64,000 nucleotides of DNA from Eledone cirrhosa (lineage: Eukaryota): assembly GCA_964016885.1 (NCBI GenBank), contig OZ024740.1:341124001-341188000 (forward strand). The letters run 5' to 3'. Below, one piece after another: positions 52,101-58,100 of this stretch (position 1 is the stretch's first letter; each line of letters begins with the position of its first letter). Made by a program: the position numbers and the translations under genes. The notes beneath the pieces were generated by a model. It searched no databases and was not told the DNA's origin. It saw nothing but the letters and a program-made list of their open reading frames with translations.

Positions 52101-55100
52101 AGAACGGGGGGAGCAGGGTACATTACATAGAGACCAAGAGGGAAGCTAGGCGACAAGTATACTTAGCTAGGAGAGAAGCAGAGGATAGAAAATTCAAGCA
52201 TGTTTTGCAACGTGAGGACCAGAAACAGGAGGTGTTCAAGATTGTGAGGCAGTGTGTCAGAGATAGTTGTGATGTCATTGGAGAGAAGTGTATCCAGAAT
52301 GATAAAGGTGAGCTTGCCCTCACAAGTGCTGAGAAGAAAGATGCATGGAAGAGTCATTATGATAGATTACTAAATGAGGAGAATGCATGGGAAGAAGAGA
52401 CTCTACCCCAAGTAGACCCTATAGAGGGGCCAGCAGTACAAGTCAGCAGCAACGTAGTAAGTAAGGCAATCAAAGATATGAAGATGGGGAAGGCAACCGG
52501 TCCATCGGGTATAGCTGCCGAGAGGCTGAAGGCATCTGGGTCTGTAGGTCACACTATAACCACACGTATTGTTAACCAGGTAATACTAGGTGTCATACCA
52601 AAAGATTGGTGCAGTAGCATCATTGTCAACTGCTACAAAGGTAAAGGCGATGCACTAGATAGAGGAAACTATAGAGGTATAAAGTTGATGGACCAGGTAA
52701 TGAAAGTAACAGAAAGAGTTATAGCACAGTTGATTAGGGACCGGGTGAAAATAGACGAGATGCAATTTGGGTTTGTACCAGGAAGAGGCACCACTGATGC
52801 CCTCTTCCTTGTGAGGCAGTTACAGGAAAAGTACCTAGCTAAAAGTAAGCCACTCTACTTGGCATTTGTCGACCTTGAGAAAGCCTTTGACAGAGTTCCA
52901 CGTGCTGTAATCTGGTGGGCTCTTAGAAAACTAGGAGTAGATGAATGGCTTGTGAAAGCGGTACAAGCCATGTATAGGGGAGCAGTCAGCAAAGTTAGGA
53001 TTAGCAATGAGTATAGCGAGGAATTTAGCGTATAGGTTGGGGTCCACCAGGGCTCTGTTCTTAGCCCCCTCCTGTTCATCATAGTCCTGCAGGCAATAAC
53101 GGAGGAATTTAAGACCGGATGCCCATGGGAACTCCTGTATGCTGATGACCTCACACTCATAGCTGAATCTATGGTAGAACTAGAGAATAAATTCCAAACT
53201 TGGAAGCAGGGACTAGAAAGAAAGGGTCTCAAAGTCAACATGACAAAGACTAAGGTCCTTGTAAGTAGACGAGAAAACAGAACCCAGATCCCTTCAGGGA
53301 AATGGCCTTGCTCAGTATGTAGGAAAGGTGTAGGTAGGAACTCCATTCTCTGCCCCAAATGCAAACAATGGGTACACAAGAGATGTAGCGGGATCTCAGG
53401 AAGCTTAATTAAGAATGTAGGCTTCACATGCAGCAGCTGTGCTGGGGCAGCAAACAGCCACAGGAAACAAGTACCACCAATCTCTGGGAGGGCTCTGTAG
53501 AAACAGTAGACAGCTTCTGCTACTTAGGTGACCGAATTAGCAGCGGAGGTGGGTGTTCAGAAAGTACAATAACTAGGGTAAGAACGGGATGGAAGAAGTT
53601 TAGGGAACTAGTACCACTGCTAGCTGCAAAAGGCTTCTCCCTCAGAATGAAAGGCAGACTGTATGATGTGTGTATCCGAACAGCAATGTTGCATGGAAGT
53701 GAGACCTGGGCCCTGAAGGTGGAAGACTTACGTAGATTAGAGAGAAACGGAGCCTGCATGCTCCGATGGATGTGTAACAGTAATATACGTGAACGACAAA
53801 GCATAAATGAATTGAGAGAGAGACTAAGCATAAGATGAATCAAATGCCGTGTGCAGGAGAGACGGTTGCGCTGGTATGGACATGTGATGCGTATGAAGGA
53901 TGACAGCTGCATAAAAAGGTGCAGAGCACTAGAAGTCGATGGAAACCGCGGAGTGGGGAGACCCAAGATGACCTGGGATGAGGTGATAAAAGCCGACCTT
54001 ACCCAATTACACCTCTCAAAGGCAATGACACACGCCCGTGACCTCTGGTGTCACGCAGTAATACAGAGTACCCGACCTCCCATGGGTACAAGCTGAAGCA
54101 TATAGACAATATGCCCCCACACCCTCCACCGCAAGGTGGTCGTGGAGGTGCCACAGCAAAAAAGCACCCAGCCCACACTGTAAAGTGGACGTGTAGGCGC
54201 CACGAAAAAGCACCCAGCACTCACTGTAAATGAGGTTGGTGTTAAGAAGGGCATCCAGCTGTAGAAATCAAGCCAAATCAGTTCCTGTATGAGCAAGGCA
54301 TGGTCAGCCGACCAGACACTGCCTACAACAGGACAACCCGTCTAACCCATGCTAGCGTGGAAGAACGGACGTAAAACGGTGATGATGATGATGACAGTAC
54401 GTAATTCCCAGAGAGAAAATATCGCTAGATTCTATAACAGTCTATAAGGTATAACAATATCTACAGTACGTAATTCCGAGAGACAAAAGTATGTTCGATT
54501 TTAGAATAGTCTATATGATAAAATAAAATTAATGACCAATGGACTGAGGAGGAGAGATGAGAAGTTAAAAAGGGACTTACATTACTGGTCAACCATAGTT
54601 CAACAGTAAAGTTAGATAAATTCTCCTTCAAAATGTATGGCCTTGTACTGATGTTACAAAAGATTATTATAAATATTGTCACAGCTAGAAAAAACGAAAA
54701 TGAGAATGGTTTCGTAGATGAGTAGGGGTCACTGAGAGAGAGAGAGAGAGAACAAGACAACATTGAATTGCAGAGGATGATGAAAATAGTCTGTGATAAA
54801 TGTTGTGAAAAGAAATGGAATGAGATGGTTGAGTCATGTGTTGAGGGAGGATGAAAGAGACAGGGTGGGTGAGAGAAGTGATGTAAATAAATGTAGAAGG
54901 AAATGGAACGGAAGACTAAGAAAGACATGGCTAAAGAGGAAATGAAAGTTAAATAGGTTGGGATGCAGATATTAGGGCAAAATGGAGAAGCTTGCTATGG
55001 AACCGACAAGGCCAACCCCTGCTTTAGTCAGGATGATTTTTTTATTTTTACAATATAAGGCTTCTAATTAATAAAACAACTAGTTATCTACTGAAAGTAC

Positions 55101-58100
55101 ACCATATATATACATGTATATATCATATATAAAGTATTTCCGTAGAAAAGGTAAAGGAAAGAAGAGTGCTCTATGTATAGTACAGAGTTATTTGATTATG
55201 TAATAAACAACACAATACAATTATTCCATTTACCCAAGGTTTCACAAAGGCAGGCGACCACAACAGAGTTGTCCGAAGTTGTTCATCAGAAAGAAAATTT
55301 TATGGACCTCTGTTGAGGTCACCTGCCTTCGTGGAACCTTGGGTAAATGGAATATTTGTATTGTGTTTATTACATTATATATATATATATATAAAAAGAT
55401 TCAGGGCCCCAAGTATTGAGTACTCTGGTGAGTTATAGTCCACCTGGAATTTTACCACACTCTATCTGATATATATATGGTGAACGGTAAAAATGGCATA
55501 GGTGGTGGTGGTAGTAGTAGCAGTGGTGGTGGTAGTAGCAGGGGCGGTAGCCGTACTAGTAGTGGTGATAGTAGTAGTAGTAGTGGTGATGGTGGTGGTG
55601 GTGGTAGTAATAGCAGTGGTGGTGATGGTTGTAGTAGTAGTGGTGGTGATTGTAGTAGCAGTGGTATTGGTGGTGGTTGTAGTAGTAGTAGTAGTGATGG
55701 TAGCATTAGTAGTAGTTGTAGTAGCAGTGGTAGTAGTAGCAGTGGTGGTGGTGGTAGTTGCCAATAGTGTAGAGTTCAATAAACTTTTTTTATCCTACCC
55801 CCCCCCCCCCCCATTAGTGCCATTTTTACCTAAATTCATATATACGCGCAAATATGTATATCATTATCATGATATATGTGTGTATATGTGTATATATGTG
55901 TGTGTGTGTGTATATATATATGTCATGTTGGTACCACAAAACATCCAGCCCACTCTGTAAAGTGGTCATGTAGGTGTCACGACAAAAAGCACCCAGCCCA
56001 CACTGTAAAGTGGTCATGTAAAAGACACGGCAAAAAGCACTCAGCACACACACTGTAAATGTGGTTGGCGTTAGGAAGGGCATCCCGCCATAGAAAGCCA
56101 GCCAGAAACAGTTCTATATGAGCGAGACACGGTCAGCCGACCCAGCTTGCCTCAAATGGGACAAATCCGTCTAACCCAGCTTGCGTGGAAGATAGACGTT
56201 AAACAACAATGATGATGTGAGTGGGAGAGAGGGAGTGATGCAGAGAAATAAATGAATTTTATACCTATCTTCACTTGTGTTTTCTTCTTTTTCCCCAGGA
56301 TATCTGGTCTGTTTTGGTCGTCAGGCGTCCAGCAAGAAAGCTTATACAGATCGAACTCCCAAGTCAGTCACAATTTTGAAAATACATTTATATACTTGAG
56401 CTGTTGTGTTTAATATGTCTATTATTAGGTACCTGGATTAGTGGCTAGAGAATTGGATTTGCAGTCTTGCGGGTGCGAGTTCAATTCCCGGACCAAGGGA
56501 TATGTTATCTCCTTGAGCAAGACACTTTATTTCACGCTACTCCTTCTTCCAGGTATTGCAACTGGTAGATAGTATCAACAATGGAAAGACCAATAGAATT
56601 ATTGTTTCCTTGGTCTGATTTGACGGGCTCCACTCCACTGGTAAACACCACCTGGCCCTTGGGGGCTTTTAGCAGAGTCCACTCTGTTGCAAGCATTTAG
56701 ACCAAACCTCTAGTTTGAGGATACTTTTCTCTGTCCCTCCCATCTATAAATTTGATATTTATTTATTGGATGTTTTTTCCTTTTACAGATCTCTGTCAGT
56801 TCTAGCCTATTTACAATCAGGCATGAGGTCACCCCAGTCAGCATCATCCTACTCTGTATTTTCCCGTAGCCCACCAACATCTGATGGAATGTTCTCCATC
56901 AGTAATTATTATGCTTATAAAGAAAAGGTAAAGATTTCATTTTCTCTTCTCGGTTGTTCTTCCCTCTCTTTACCTCTAATTGTTGTCATCCTCTCCCTCA
57001 TCATCTTTGTTGCTACTGTAATAGAAGTAGCAGTCAGTTTTCCTCAGACAAATTCAAATCGTGTTTCAACCATGCCTGTGGTTCAGTAACTTTTGTTGAC
57101 AGACAAGTTATGGAAGAGACAATCAAGTCATTTGTGGATTAAAATGTGTTTAGTTTAATCTTTATTTACTAGTTTATATTTTGGAGTCAATAAAGAAAGT
57201 ACCAGTTCAGTGCTAGTGTATACCTCTCACTGGCTGGCTGTCACATCCTGAATGTTTCACTAGATCAAGGATAGGATAGTCATGAGGGTGTCTGAGTCTG
57301 CTCATCATTACAGAAACACCTAAAACCCTTAGAAAAAGCACGATACATACTACCAAGTCATCCTCGATTTTGATTGAAGAATATGTTTGACTCCTCCTCC
57401 TCTTCATACCATCTGGCCTACAAATGACTTCTCTGACCAGTGCTTGCCAGAGTGACAATTTTTGTGCAGTTCTCAGCAGGTGGTGTACAGGCTGGTTGCC
57501 CATCCTTGTTTCACGGCGCCAGTCCTCTACCCAGATAATAATAATAAAACACTTAACCTTTCATAGTATATACATACATTACCAAAGTGTATATACATTA
57601 CAAAAGTATATTTTACTCTCTTGCCTATGAAGAAAGCATCATCGTCATTTTACATTTACTTTCCATGCTGGCATGGGTTGAATAGGTCATCACAGTCTAA
57701 GTCTAGATTGTTCAAAGAACTGCATTCTATATTTGATATAGTTTCCATATCCCAACCACCTTATAAAGTGTACTGGATGCATTTTATCATTGCACCTGCA
57801 CTAGAGAAGTTGTTGTATACTTAACAAGGCTGAAGAGTCCCCTCTATCTTGTGCCAACTACTCTACATAGTATACTGGGTGCATTTTATTGTGAAACCAA
57901 CCCTGGAGAGGTTGTCGAGACTTCAACAAGGCAAAAGGTTCTCTCTACCCTACATTGTCACAGATTGTTTGTCCACCACTTTACTAAGGTGGTACTGATA
58001 TGTTTCTATTGTGACATCAATACTAGAAAGATTCTTTCATCCATGCATTCTCAGCTCATTCACTACATTTACTTTTAACTTCGTAGTATTAGGACTGCAA

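Noticed and set aside
51428-54515. CRISPR-like array
   Set aside because: Contiguous 69-bp units without unique spacers, no cas genes, eukaryotic context.
55452-55960. Poly-Thr, poly-Val and Gly/Ser-rich ORFs
   Set aside because: Artefacts of the (GGT)/(AGT) microsatellite; no splice or homology support.
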